The notes under the pieces were generated by a model. It did not search any database. It saw only the letters and a list, made by a program, of their open reading frames with translations, and was not told the origin of the DNA. The translations under genes were made by a program, and so were the position numbers. Of a stretch of DNA of 64,000 nt, positions 8,300 to 17,373 are shown piece after piece. Where the stretch lies: assembly GCA_001793895.1 (NCBI GenBank), contig MGIT01000001.1:106508-170507 (forward strand), in the 5' to 3' direction. Source of the DNA: Candidatus Wolfebacteria bacterium RIFOXYB1_FULL_54_12 (GTDB lineage: Bacteria; Patescibacteriota; Minisyncoccia; UBA6257; UBA9933). Each line of letters opens with the position of its first letter. Within the stretch, counting starts at the first letter, position 1.

Positions 8300-10006
8300 T
8301 TAAGGGCAAATTTTGGGGGCAATATCCCGGGCAACGCCGGTAGTGCCAAGCAGCTCACCTACTTCGTTGTAAGTCGGCGTCTTGATCGTCTCTACCAAAA
8401 TAACATTACCTTTCGAGTCCGGCATGCCCTCTTCGATTCGTTTCTGCATGCGACCCTGCATAACGATCTTATCGTCAGCCATATATTTATCGGCGTACTC
8501 TTCGGGCCAGACATCGTGATCAGTCTTGCCAATGATATCCTCACGCCGTTTCCCTGCACGCGAAAGAAATGCTTCGTTGACCTCAAGATACTCGCCTGCC
8601 GCATTTTTCATCCACACCAAATCGGGAATGTTATCCAAACAAACGCGTTGCTGTAGCTGATACAGCTTCATCTTTTCCTCGGCGATAACCTGCTTGCTTA
8701 GATTCCACCCGGTACCGATGATCCCGATGTCGTTGCCCTTCGCGTCGCGCAACGGAGCAGCCGACCAGCGATACGGGATCGTTGTGCCGTCTTTTTTGAC
8801 AAGATGCGACCGAACCTCGGTATATCCTTTCACGTACGCATCATTGACCATGCCGATCACCAACGGTCGGTCGCGATCCGGAAGCAATTCAAATATCAAT
8901 TTATGGGAAAGTTCCTCCGCTGAATATCCGCTGGCGGTCTCTGCCATTCGATTCCACTTGACGATATTGCGCTCGGTATCCAATACATATACGACGTCAG
9001 GAATCGCATCCATAAGATTGCTTAGCTCGTTCAAGGATCTGCTAAGATTTTTTTCACTTTCCTGCAGATTGCGGTATGCCAATAGGCTCGTCAACCCGTC
9101 GGCCAATCGCCGGCTGATTTCCTGGAAAAGTTCCTGTTCGTCGGCCGTCCATACCCGTGGATGGGAGCACTGGTGCATGCCAAATATCCAAGGCTTGTCC
9201 AATTTTGGATGGACGGCGATAAGCATTTGAGATTGAACACCAAAGCGCCCTGTGGTAGATTTGTCTACCGGGTTTTCCGTACCGACGGTGTAGATCACCG
9301 GCTTCTGAGACGCCAAAACTTCACGCATGGCTTGGACCATGTCCGGACTATCCATCGGCACATCAATATTCAAGGCCTTGGCACCTGCATATTCCGGCTT
9401 GGTAACTTCCATGGGTATGCGATACGAGGGCGCTTCAGGATCGCACGGATAAAGAAGCCACGCTCGATCACAATCAAAAATAGAAAGTACCTTGCTGAGA
9501 ACATTGGTCAATATCTGCTCAGGATCAGTAGCCCCCTGCATTGATTGATTGATCTGATCCATGCTCTCAAAAAAGAGGCGCTTGGTCCGATCCTTTTCCT
9601 CTACATTTTTACGATCGGTAATATTGTCGAATGCGGCGGTAAAAAATCCCCGCTCGGCGCTATATACGGAAACGACGAACCACAGCTTGAACGGACTCAG
9701 ATAGATCTCTATTTTTTCCGGATTGCCGGTATCGGAGACCCGGGCATATGTTTCAAATAACTCGGGGTTGGTATTCCGTATATTAGGAACGAGCTCCGTA
9801 GCCCGCCTGCCGACAACCTGTTGTAGGCCGGTTAGCCATTCAAAAGAAGGGTTGACTTCAAGATACACAAAATCGACAGGCTTGCCCGCCTCGTCAAAAA
9901 TTATTTCACAATGGGCAAACCCGGAAAGCATGCTGTTAAACAACATTTGGTAATGTTCTATACCATGCTTCTTCATGTGATTTTTTACCTTCTCCGAGTA
10001 TTCCAT
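8300..10006 (-). CDS. Multi-PAS/GAF domain sensor protein with no recognisable output domain
   Basis: 568 aa with repeated PAS-like segments (e.g. MLFNSMLSGFAHCEIIFDEAGKPVDFVYLEVNPSFEWLTG). No HisKA/HATPase, GGDEF or HTH seen. Confidence 0.55.
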   Translation of the reverse strand: MEYSEKVKNHMKKHGIEHYQMLFNSMLSGFAHCEIIFDEAGKPVDFVYLEVNPSFEWLTGLQQVVGRRATELVPNIRNTNPELFETYARVSDTGNPEKIEIYLSPFKLWFVVSVYSAERGFFTAAFDNITDRKNVEEKDRTKRLFFESMDQINQSMQGATDPEQILTNVLSKVLSIFDCDRAWLLYPCDPEAPSYRIPMEVTKPEYAGAKALNIDVPMDSPDMVQAMREVLASQKPVIYTVGTENPVDKSTTGRFGVQSQMLIAVHPKLDKPWIFGMHQCSHPRVWTADEQELFQEISRRLADGLTSLLAYRNLQESEKNLSRSLNELSNLMDAIPDVVYVLDTERNIVKWNRMAETASGYSAEELSHKLIFELLPDRDRPLVIGMVNDAYVKGYTEVRSHLVKKDGTTIPYRWSAAPLRDAKGNDIGIIGTGWNLSKQVIAEEKMKLYQLQQRVCLDNIPDLVWMKNAAGEYLEVNEAFLSRAGKRREDIIGKTDHDVWPEEYADKYMADDKIVMQGRMQKRIEEGMPDSKGNVILVETIKTPTYNEVGELLGTTGVARDIAPKICP

Positions 10007-10065
10007 GATACATTCAGTATACTAAAGCAAATACCATGGGGCAAGGTCCCTGTGTGGCGGAAGCG

Positions 10066-10677
10066 TCAGAACCCCCGGTCAAATGTTGTCATTTGCTCAT
10101 TGAATGTGTCATTCAATTCATTGACCATGATCGATTCATCGTTGATCTTTTTTACCAACGCAGATACATCCGCACCAACCGCTTCCGGATCGCCGGTGAT
10201 CTTGCCTTTGATGATTACCAGCAGCTGGTTCAGATAGTCGTTATAGGTAAGCAAATGCCCTATGAGGGTGACTTCCGTACTGACCGCGCCCAAGGCCGTT
10301 TCTGCCGAAGTCTTTGGTTCAATAGAAGAAACACCGAGTGTCATGGTCTGCAGATGTCCGGACAATGCGATGGCCTTATCGCGGATCTGTCGATTGCGTT
10401 CAAGTTCCTGCTTTACCAATTCGAGCGCTTCGGCGTATTTTTTATCATTGTTCAATGCGGAAATATCGCCGATATGCTTCGCGGAATCTTTGGACATGCC
10501 AACAATGTCATGCGCAATAAGCGAAGCCTCCTGTCGCGCCTGCATGAAATCATCGGGAACCGTCTTTGTTTGGGCAAGCAAAAAGCGCCCCACAAAATAG
10601 GCAAAAAATACCATGATCAAAAGGATCACAAACAAACGGATCTTTCGGGGAACTCTAAAATACAATTCACTCATCAT
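10066..10677 (-). CDS. Hypothetical membrane-anchored protein immediately upstream of the PAS sensor
   Basis: N-terminal TM (LFVILLIMVFFAYFVGRFLL), then a soluble domain. Confidence 0.4.
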   Translation of the reverse strand: MMSELYFRVPRKIRLFVILLIMVFFAYFVGRFLLAQTKTVPDDFMQARQEASLIAHDIVGMSKDSAKHIGDISALNNDKKYAEALELVKQELERNRQIRDKAIALSGHLQTMTLGVSSIEPKTSAETALGAVSTEVTLIGHLLTYNDYLNQLLVIIKGKITGDPEAVGADVSALVKKINDESIMVNELNDTFNEQMTTFDRGF

Positions 10678-10760
10678 TAGGGATATTTAATAGCATTCCA
10701 GACCAAAAAGCAACAACGATCAAAGCAACAAGAAGTGCCAAAACCAAGCTTGTCAAGTCA

Positions 10761-12167
10761 TTGCAAAACCGCCCCCCCTTGCCATACAATGGAAGTATTA
10801 TTGCCATGTCCAAAGGAACCACCAAAGGAAATCTTGACCCAAAACTGCCGCCACAGGACATTGACGCCGAAAAGTCGGTCCTCGGTGCGTTGATGCTCGA
10901 CAAAAATGCCGTATTAAAGGTTCTCGATTTTCTCGAAGACCGGGATTTTTATATCCCCGCGCATCAAAAGATCTATCAGGCGATCATTGAGCTATTCGAA
11001 AAAAACCAGCCCATCGATGTACTGACCGTTACGACGAAGCTAAAAGATAGAAATCAAATAGATACCGTCGGCGGCTCGACCTACCTTACCGAGCTCATCA
11101 ACTCGGTTCCTTCATCCGCTCACGTGGACCACTACGGGGGCATCGTAAAGCAAAAAAAGGTATTGCGTGAATTGTTGACCACGGCCGCACGCATCAGCGA
11201 AGATGTGTTCCAAAATCAGGAAAATCCCGATGAGATGCTCGATATGATCGAGCAAAAGATCTTCGCGATCAACCAAAAGTCAAAGACATACGCATTTACG
11301 CCGATTTCCGACCACCTCAAGGCCGCGTACGAACGCATGGAAAAGAACTTAGGCATGCAAGGCCTTTCGGGCACCAGCTCGGGCTTCAAGGGGCTTGATA
11401 CGCTGCTTTCAGGGTTTCAAAAATCAGACATGATCATTCTCGGCGCGCGCCCGTCCATGGGTAAAACCGCGGTAACGCTCGACATGGTGCGCGGCGCGGC
11501 AAAGGCCGGCGCTTCGATCGCAGTGTTCTCGCTCGAAATGTCCAAAGAACAGATAATCGACCGTCTTATCGCCACCGAATCGGGCGTTCCATTGTGGAAC
11601 CTGCGCTCGGGCCGCATCACCGACGAAATGGACTTCCAAATGATCCAGGCCGCGCTCGACCGCCTATCACGCATGAAGATCTATGTCGATGACACGCCGT
11701 CCCCGACCGTACTGCAGATCCGCTCCATGGCGCGCAAACTCAAAATGGAACACGAACTCGACCTGATCGTCATCGACTATGTCCAGCTCATCCAACCGAG
11801 CCGCCACAGCGAAAACAGCGTTCAACAATTTACCGAGATCAGCCATGGCATCAAAGGCTTGGCGCGTGAATTAAATGTTCCTGTGCTTGCCTTGTCACAG
11901 TTGAGCCGTGGCGTAGAAAGCCGCGACGATAAAACACCGCGTCTTTCCGACCTGCGGGAAACCGGCTCATGGGAACAGGACGCCGACATCGTCATGTTCA
12001 TCCACCGTTTCAACCGCGATGCAAAGGACCTTATGTCAGCCGAAGAGAAAAACAAGTCGGCCCTGATCGTCACCAAACACCGCAACGGCCCACTTGGCGA
12101 TGTTCCGCTTTTGTGGAACCCGGAAAAGGTTTCCTTCACCGAAGTGGATACCGTGCATACGATTTAA
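10761..12167 (+). CDS. dnaB: Replicative DNA helicase DnaB
   Basis: N-terminal LPPQDIDAEKSVLGALMLD. Walker A GARPSMGKTA. RecA-like C-terminal domain. Confidence 0.9.
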   Translation: MQNRPPLPYNGSIIAMSKGTTKGNLDPKLPPQDIDAEKSVLGALMLDKNAVLKVLDFLEDRDFYIPAHQKIYQAIIELFEKNQPIDVLTVTTKLKDRNQIDTVGGSTYLTELINSVPSSAHVDHYGGIVKQKKVLRELLTTAARISEDVFQNQENPDEMLDMIEQKIFAINQKSKTYAFTPISDHLKAAYERMEKNLGMQGLSGTSSGFKGLDTLLSGFQKSDMIILGARPSMGKTAVTLDMVRGAAKAGASIAVFSLEMSKEQIIDRLIATESGVPLWNLRSGRITDEMDFQMIQAALDRLSRMKIYVDDTPSPTVLQIRSMARKLKMEHELDLIVIDYVQLIQPSRHSENSVQQFTEISHGIKGLARELNVPVLALSQLSRGVESRDDKTPRLSDLRETGSWEQDADIVMFIHRFNRDAKDLMSAEEKNKSALIVTKHRNGPLGDVPLLWNPEKVSFTEVDTVHTI

Positions 12168-12271
12168 CATTGGCAGTAGGTATACAGCAGCTCGTATACC
12201 GTATAATACGGCAGCTTATTTCTATTCCTTCTTATACCGAATACTGTATACCTAATACCCGCTACTCCCCC

Positions 12272-12871
12272 ATGCTTCCCAACCAGATCCGCAACTTCAT
12301 CGACGTATTTTCAAAGCTCCCCGGCATCGGCCCGCGCCAAGCGACGCGGCTCGCTTTTTTTATGATTGGCGGAGGCAAAAGCAAAATAAATGAAACCGCG
12401 CGTGCCATCGTCGATCTCGCATCTATCAAGGTCTGCACGAACTGCTTCTTTATCCACTCCAACCAAGAAGCCTTGTGCGACATTTGCCAAAATCCCGACA
12501 GGACCAAAGAAACGATCATGATCGTTGAAAAAGAAACAGACCTTATATCCATCGAACGCACGCGTAAGTTCAAGGGCAGATATCTTATCATCGGTGAGCT
12601 CACCAAAGGCGGCATCCTCGACGCCGTGCAACGATTGCGCCTGAACCACCTAAAAGACGTCATAAAGAACCAGCTCGACGGCCAAGCCGACGAAGTAATC
12701 ATAGCCACCAACCCCACAACCTACGGCGATATGAATGCCATGGTCATCAAAAACGAACTCGAAGGATACGCGAAAAAGTTTACCCGTCTCGGCCGGGGCA
12801 TCCCGACCGGCGGCGAAATAGAATTCGCCGACGAAGATACGCTTGAGCAGGCACTCGAACGACGCATATAA
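12272..12871 (+). CDS. recR: Recombination protein RecR
   Basis: Helix-hairpin-helix (LPGIGPRQATRLAFF), C4 zinc finger (CTNC...CDIC) and Toprim domain. Start MLPNQIRNFIDVF at 12272. Confidence 0.9.
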   Translation: MLPNQIRNFIDVFSKLPGIGPRQATRLAFFMIGGGKSKINETARAIVDLASIKVCTNCFFIHSNQEALCDICQNPDRTKETIMIVEKETDLISIERTRKFKGRYLIIGELTKGGILDAVQRLRLNHLKDVIKNQLDGQADEVIIATNPTTYGDMNAMVIKNELEGYAKKFTRLGRGIPTGGEIEFADEDTLEQALERRI

Positions 12872-12892
12872 TGCACTAATCATATTTGTAAC

Positions 12893-12926
12893 ACAAAAAA
12901 AGAGGCGGATCGCTCCGCCTCTTCAA
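12893..12926. terminator. Bidirectional intrinsic terminator hairpin between convergent recR and 12950..13291
   Basis: Sequence aaaaaaaGAGGCGGATCGCTCCGCCTCttc, flanked by A/T runs. Confidence 0.6.
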
Positions 12927-12949
12927 CATAGGTAAACATGCTATACCCG

Positions 12950-13291
12950 CTAATGCCGGGCTTTTTCTAGCTCTCGCAGAAAATCTTCGGCCCGCCACTT
13001 GGGAAAATTAGGAATTGCCGAGAATTTATACTTGACCATGCCTTCAATAACAACATTTTTCGGAAGGCCTAACCTCTCGACGGCTTCAGATATTTCCTTG
13101 ATAATCCTTTTCACTAACGCAATAAAGCATATAGTGAACACTATCTCGTACACCGCAAAGATAGACCAAAAGCCTTCTGCAAAAGACACTTTAAAGAAGT
13201 AATGGATGAGCCAACCGAGAATTGTTGAAATGCCGCACGCCTTAATACTATCCGCAAATACCATCATCAAAAGCCGCCAGTACAAAATCAT
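12950..13291 (-). CDS. Hypothetical small membrane protein
   Basis: 113 aa with hydrophobic segments. No motifs. Confidence 0.35.
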   Translation of the reverse strand: MILYWRLLMMVFADSIKACGISTILGWLIHYFFKVSFAEGFWSIFAVYEIVFTICFIALVKRIIKEISEAVERLGLPKNVVIEGMVKYKFSAIPNFPKWRAEDFLRELEKARH

Positions 13292-13515
13292 CGCGCATAC
13301 CTCCGTAAATAAATTAAAGTTGATAAAGTTTCTGAATATAGCATATGTTATATACTATATTTTGTCAATACCTTGTAATGGTTCAATGCCTTTGCAACAC
13401 CCTATAAACATACGAAGCAGCAAATTCGCTTCATCACAGGCTAAGCGTCCGAGGTTCTGCGCGAAAAGAATAAAAAACACGACGCCCGCGCGTCGTGTTT
13501 TTTAAACAACTATTT

Positions 13516-13947
13516 TTATTGGGTAATGGCCGCTTGCGCCTTCATACCCCTGCCCTGTCCGCGTCCATGCATGCCCTGGCCCACGCCTCCCTGCTCGCCC
13601 AAGCCAAGCTCCTGGCGAATGGCATCTGCCTGCCCCATCAGTTTATGCATTTCGACGAATCGCCCGAAGTTGGCCTCGGTAATGCCACTTGTCATGTCGG
13701 CTCCGCGTCCGTTGCCCGGGAGTAAACTCATGGCTTCTTTCCAAGCCGTATAGTCACCAGCCTGAATGGCCGCTTCCACCGCAGTACGATGGGCTTCCAT
13801 AGCCTCACGCTGTGCCGCAACCGCCGCAGTTGGCGCAACATTGCCACCCATCATTCCTCCGCGAGCATAGGTCGTGTTTGCCGCAATCCCTGCGACGCCT
13901 GCGACAATGGCCAACCCGGCTACCCCTACTGCAATTTTTTTGTTCAT
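13516..13947 (-). CDS. Hypothetical secreted Gly/Ala/Met-rich protein
   Basis: N-terminal signal peptide/TM (KKIAVGVAGLAIVAGVAGIAA). A terminator hairpin at 13477-13504 follows. Confidence 0.4.
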   Translation of the reverse strand: MNKKIAVGVAGLAIVAGVAGIAANTTYARGGMMGGNVAPTAAVAAQREAMEAHRTAVEAAIQAGDYTAWKEAMSLLPGNGRGADMTSGITEANFGRFVEMHKLMGQADAIRQELGLGEQGGVGQGMHGRGQGRGMKAQAAITQ

Positions 13948-14037
13948 AATGATATGCGTTAGATTATTTCAGGCAAAGCTACGGAGCAAAACAATGTGCA
14001 CGATCGAAAAGCAATGCAGCAAAGCCTTCATTGATTA

Positions 14038-14811
14038 CTACGAACGCAACGGCATTTTTCTTTCACGCATAAGCATCCCCCTGCCGTCAAATCGTTCGGG
14101 GATCATCATCGCGCCCTGTTTCGTCCAAGGGAACAGCTCGGTCGCGTGGAATACGCCCGGGGCAACCACGGAACCAAAAACTCGGATCCGTTCACCCGGC
14201 ACAGCCTCGATCGTTCCGCGCGAGACAACGGCATCAGTCTCGACGATCCATCTCATTCCCGTAAAATCTTCTATCGTCAGCGTAGTGGTCGCAGAGCCGG
14301 AAACAATCCTGCCGGCAATCACGCCTTCCTGCGGATGCATCCATAAGTGCATCTTGCGTGCATCCAATCCGCGATACTGCGGGACCACTTCGGCAAATCG
14401 TCGATCCACCAGCCGTCCAGCCCCGGCAGCATGCAACAATCCGCCAAGCACAATGCTAGCCAAAAAACTTGCGCCCACAATGGTCGCCATTCGATAGCGA
14501 TACCCGGCTTTGGTATGCCGCGCCTCGACATATGCCAAGGCACCGAACGCGATCATGACCAGCACCCAAACATACGGCAAGTAGGTAAACAGGAACGGGC
14601 CCGGATGCATGCGCATCATGCGCCCCATGCCTGTTTCAACCGCATCGGACAATGAAAACAAAATGACTGAAACGGATATGCCTCCGACAAGTACCGAAAG
14701 CAAAAAGGCACCGATCAGCCCCGCCTGTTGCGCAAAAAATATCCACCGGGGCAAAGGCTGTATGTTTTTCCGTTCTATGGTTTGTAAAATATTTTTGGAA
14801 AAATCTTTCAT
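14038..14811 (-). CDS. Membrane protein downstream of the ECF sigma factor (putative anti-sigma factor)
   Basis: Starts MKDFSKNILQTIERKN and overlaps the sigma-factor stop by 4 nt. One TM, then a periplasmic domain. Confidence 0.45.
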   Translation of the reverse strand: MKDFSKNILQTIERKNIQPLPRWIFFAQQAGLIGAFLLSVLVGGISVSVILFSLSDAVETGMGRMMRMHPGPFLFTYLPYVWVLVMIAFGALAYVEARHTKAGYRYRMATIVGASFLASIVLGGLLHAAGAGRLVDRRFAEVVPQYRGLDARKMHLWMHPQEGVIAGRIVSGSATTTLTIEDFTGMRWIVETDAVVSRGTIEAVPGERIRVFGSVVAPGVFHATELFPWTKQGAMMIPERFDGRGMLMRERKMPLRS

Positions 14812-14815
14812 AGTA

Positions 14816-15439
14816 TTAGCGGATTGTTGATAACGGACCGTCTTCGACCTTGCCCTTGAATTGCTTCTTCGCCCGATTGATAAGCGTGGCAATAGTGCCC
14901 ATCGGTTTCTGCAAAATGTCCGATATTTCGCGATAATCCTTGTCTTCAAGATATTTCAGAACAAGCACTTCACGATATTTCGGATCCATGGCATCAAGCA
15001 CAGCTCGAATGCGCATTGCGGTCATAGCACGATCCGCATCCCGTGCTACATCGACCTCGGACGCAAGCAATTCAAACACATCGTCATTCTCTTCGACCGA
15101 AACGGTCTGCGGTCGGGCGCGCCGCTTGCGGTGCTGGGATATGGTTTCGTTATGCACGATCCGGTATAGCCACGAAGAAAACTTGAGCGATGGATCAAAC
15201 CCATTCAAATTGCGATACGCGCTAATGAACGCATTTTGTAATATATCGGCAATGTCGTCATCCGAATAGCCAGAAATACGCCACACATAGCGGGCAAGTG
15301 GAGCTTCATAGCGACGGATCAAACACGCATATAGTTCACGATCCTTGAGCGTCAATGTGACCAGCTCCTCATCGGTTTTTTCGGCGCACTGCCCGTGGTC
15401 GGTCATATAGTTACAGTATACTACGCTTTTCAGCAACAT
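14816..15439 (-). CDS. ECF-type sigma-70 family RNA polymerase sigma factor
   Basis: Region 2 (YRxLNGFDPSLKFSSWLYRIVHNETISQHRK). Region 4 (REVLVLKYLEDKDYREISDILQKPMGTIATLINRAKKQF). The true start may be the internal Met at 15406. Confidence 0.8.
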   Translation of the reverse strand: MLLKSVVYCNYMTDHGQCAEKTDEELVTLTLKDRELYACLIRRYEAPLARYVWRISGYSDDDIADILQNAFISAYRNLNGFDPSLKFSSWLYRIVHNETISQHRKRRARPQTVSVEENDDVFELLASEVDVARDADRAMTAMRIRAVLDAMDPKYREVLVLKYLEDKDYREISDILQKPMGTIATLINRAKKQFKGKVEDGPLSTIR

Positions 15440-15461
15440 TTTCTTTCAGAGCTGTGCCATC

Positions 15462-15700
15462 CCCGCGCTCTGTCATTCCCGCGGAGGCGGGAATCTATTT
15501 AATACTGGATTCCCGCCTCCGCAGGGATGATACCGTCTCTAATTAATACATTACTCAGCGCATTGTCATTCCGGCCTAAGCCTGTCCGCCAACTGGAGGA
15601 AGCCGGAATCTTGTTGAAAGAACTCGAGATCCCGTGTCGAGGCACGGGATGACATCGGAGAGCGACACAGGAAGCAATCGGAATGAATTTATTAGGGATG
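15462..15700. repeat. Cluster of at least four palindromic hairpin repeats (GTCATTCC.../...GGAATGAC family)
   Basis: 15468-15530 is identical to 29024-29090. Further units gtcattccggcctaagcc...ggaagccggaatc and gatcccgtgtcgaggcacgggatgac. Confidence 0.8.
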
Positions 15701-15749
15701 GCATGGCAGCTACAAAAAATCGCCGAATATCATTCGACGATTTTTATCG

Positions 15750-16073
15750 TTAGGAAATTTTACCAATTTCTACTTCGGTATAATCCTGCCTATGCGTCTT
15801 GAACTTTCGATAGCGGTTCTTGTTGTGGTAGCGGAAGACGATCTTTTTGTCGTCCCGATCCTTGCTCAACACGGTCGCTTCGACTTTCGCATTGGCCACA
15901 TACGGAGCTCCGATGGTCGCATCGGCGCCATCTTTCTGCTCGTCGGCGACAAGCAAAACCTTATCAAAAACGAACTGCTCGCCAATGGCGGCCTCCAGTT
16001 TTTCTACTCTTAGCTTTTGTCCGGCGGAAACCTTGTACTGCTTTCCACCCGTTTCGATGACTGCAAATTTCAT
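15750..16073 (-). CDS. rplU: 50S ribosomal protein L21
   Basis: MKFAVIETGGKQYKVSAGQKLRVEKL... is the canonical L21 N-terminus. 107 aa. Confidence 0.9.
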   Translation of the reverse strand: MKFAVIETGGKQYKVSAGQKLRVEKLEAAIGEQFVFDKVLLVADEQKDGADATIGAPYVANAKVEATVLSKDRDDKKIVFRYHNKNRYRKFKTHRQDYTEVEIGKIS

Positions 16074-16117
16074 ATCACTTAAAGATACCTGAAGACCCTT
16101 AAAATGTCAACAGAATT

Positions 16118-16195
16118 GTCATTCCCGCGAAGGCGGGAATCCACTACGTTCATATAGATCCCTCCGCCAGTCGGCGGACGGGAATGACAGAAATA
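16118..16195. repeat. Palindromic hairpin repeats
   Basis: Sequence cattcccgcgaaggcgggaatccac ... ccctccgccagtcggcggacgggaatgac. Confidence 0.75.
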
Positions 16196-16321
16196 ACCTG
16201 CACCCTATCCGAAAAATTGGAAAAATGCCGTCCACGCCAAGTACTTCCGCAAGCTTCGGGACACCCTCCGTTGATGTTCAATGATTTTATTTCTACCAAG
16301 GTCAAATCGGAAACAGCCTAT

Positions 16322-16897
16322 TCATAAGATGAATTTTAAGATGCTGTCACGCACGATCGGAAGTTCATAAATGCCGGCAGCTTCGCTAAAATGCCCCATG
16401 TCATGCATAACCGTAACGAAACCGCCCAAACGATCCTCAAATAACCGCTTGTTTTCATCAAGTGCAACATATGGGTCATTGTCGGAAAGGATAACGCACA
16501 ACGGACGGCATCGCTCACGCACAAAGGCAAGATTAATCGCGGTATCCAACCACGGCCTTGCGATATCCTCCTCTTCGGCGTTTTCCAGACCTTGCAACGA
16601 AAACCAGCCGGCAACAAAAATGACCGGCACAGATACGCCGTCCCCGTACAATTCCAAATAGCGCAAAATAGTCTGACACCCGATACTATGGCCAACTAAA
16701 ATATCCGTAGACCGTAACTCACCGATCTCCGTATGGAGCGCGCCGACCCACTCATCGATTGTTGGACGCATCGTATCGGGCATCGCAGGAATATGCACCG
16801 CAAGGCCATACGGCTCAAGCTGGTCCGCGAGCCATGGAAACCATTCTCGATCCGGAGCTGCGCTCCACCCATGTACGATAAATATGCGCTGTTTCAT
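16322..16897 (-). CDS. Alpha/beta hydrolase (YdeN/RBBP9-like serine hydrolase)
   Basis: IVHGW...LVGHSIGC nucleophile elbow. About 190 aa. Start at MKQRIFIVHGW. Confidence 0.65.
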   Translation of the reverse strand: MKQRIFIVHGWSAAPDREWFPWLADQLEPYGLAVHIPAMPDTMRPTIDEWVGALHTEIGELRSTDILVGHSIGCQTILRYLELYGDGVSVPVIFVAGWFSLQGLENAEEEDIARPWLDTAINLAFVRERCRPLCVILSDNDPYVALDENKRLFEDRLGGFVTVMHDMGHFSEAAGIYELPIVRDSILKFIL

Positions 16898-16899
16898 GA

Positions 16900-17235
16900 T
16901 TAGAAATATAAATAATACACCACCGATCCGATGGCCAATAATGCAATGCATACCAAAACAGATAGGGCAATGATCACGCGTTCCTTTTTTGCATCTTCAG
17001 GCTTCAATTGCGCCTCTTGGGCAATGTCATTGAACACCTCATCGGCCTTTTTAAGAACATCCTCGCCGGAAACCTGGGCAGGTTTCGCATCGCCCGTCGC
17101 AAGCACCGCCTGCATGATAGCATCCACATCGGCCGGCTCGACGCCCCGATACACGAGCAGTTCACGAACCTGGTCCTGTCCGATGCCCCCCTTCAGCTGG
17201 TCTTTTGCGATTGTGATGAGTTTTTGTTTATCCAT
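16900..17235 (-). CDS. Hypothetical protein with a conserved N-terminal domain and a C-terminal TM anchor
   Basis: The N-terminal 45 aa are about 40% identical to the N-terminus of the next gene (xxQLxGGxxxxxVRExLxxRG). Confidence 0.45.
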   Translation of the reverse strand: MDKQKLITIAKDQLKGGIGQDQVRELLVYRGVEPADVDAIMQAVLATGDAKPAQVSGEDVLKKADEVFNDIAQEAQLKPEDAKKERVIIALSVLVCIALLAIGSVVYYLYF

Positions 17236-17279
17236 GGCTAAAATCTATTTTTCTATCGTTTTATTATTATGCAAACTTC

Positions 17280-17365
17280 GCTTATTTGTCATTCCGGCCT
17301 CCGAGCCGGAATCTTACCGTTTAACCGCGAGATCCTGAATCAAGTTCAGGATGACAGTCGTAGAC
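17280..17365. repeat. Palindromic hairpin repeats
   Basis: Sequence tgtcattccggcctccgagccggaatc ... gatcctgaatcaagttcaggatgacag. Confidence 0.75.
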
Positions 17366-17373
17366 GCATCATC

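Noticed and set aside
10262-10600. Small plus-strand ORFs inside 10066..10677, and similar ones inside most genes.
   Set aside because: They are overlapped by longer, better-supported genes on the opposite strand and have no motif support.
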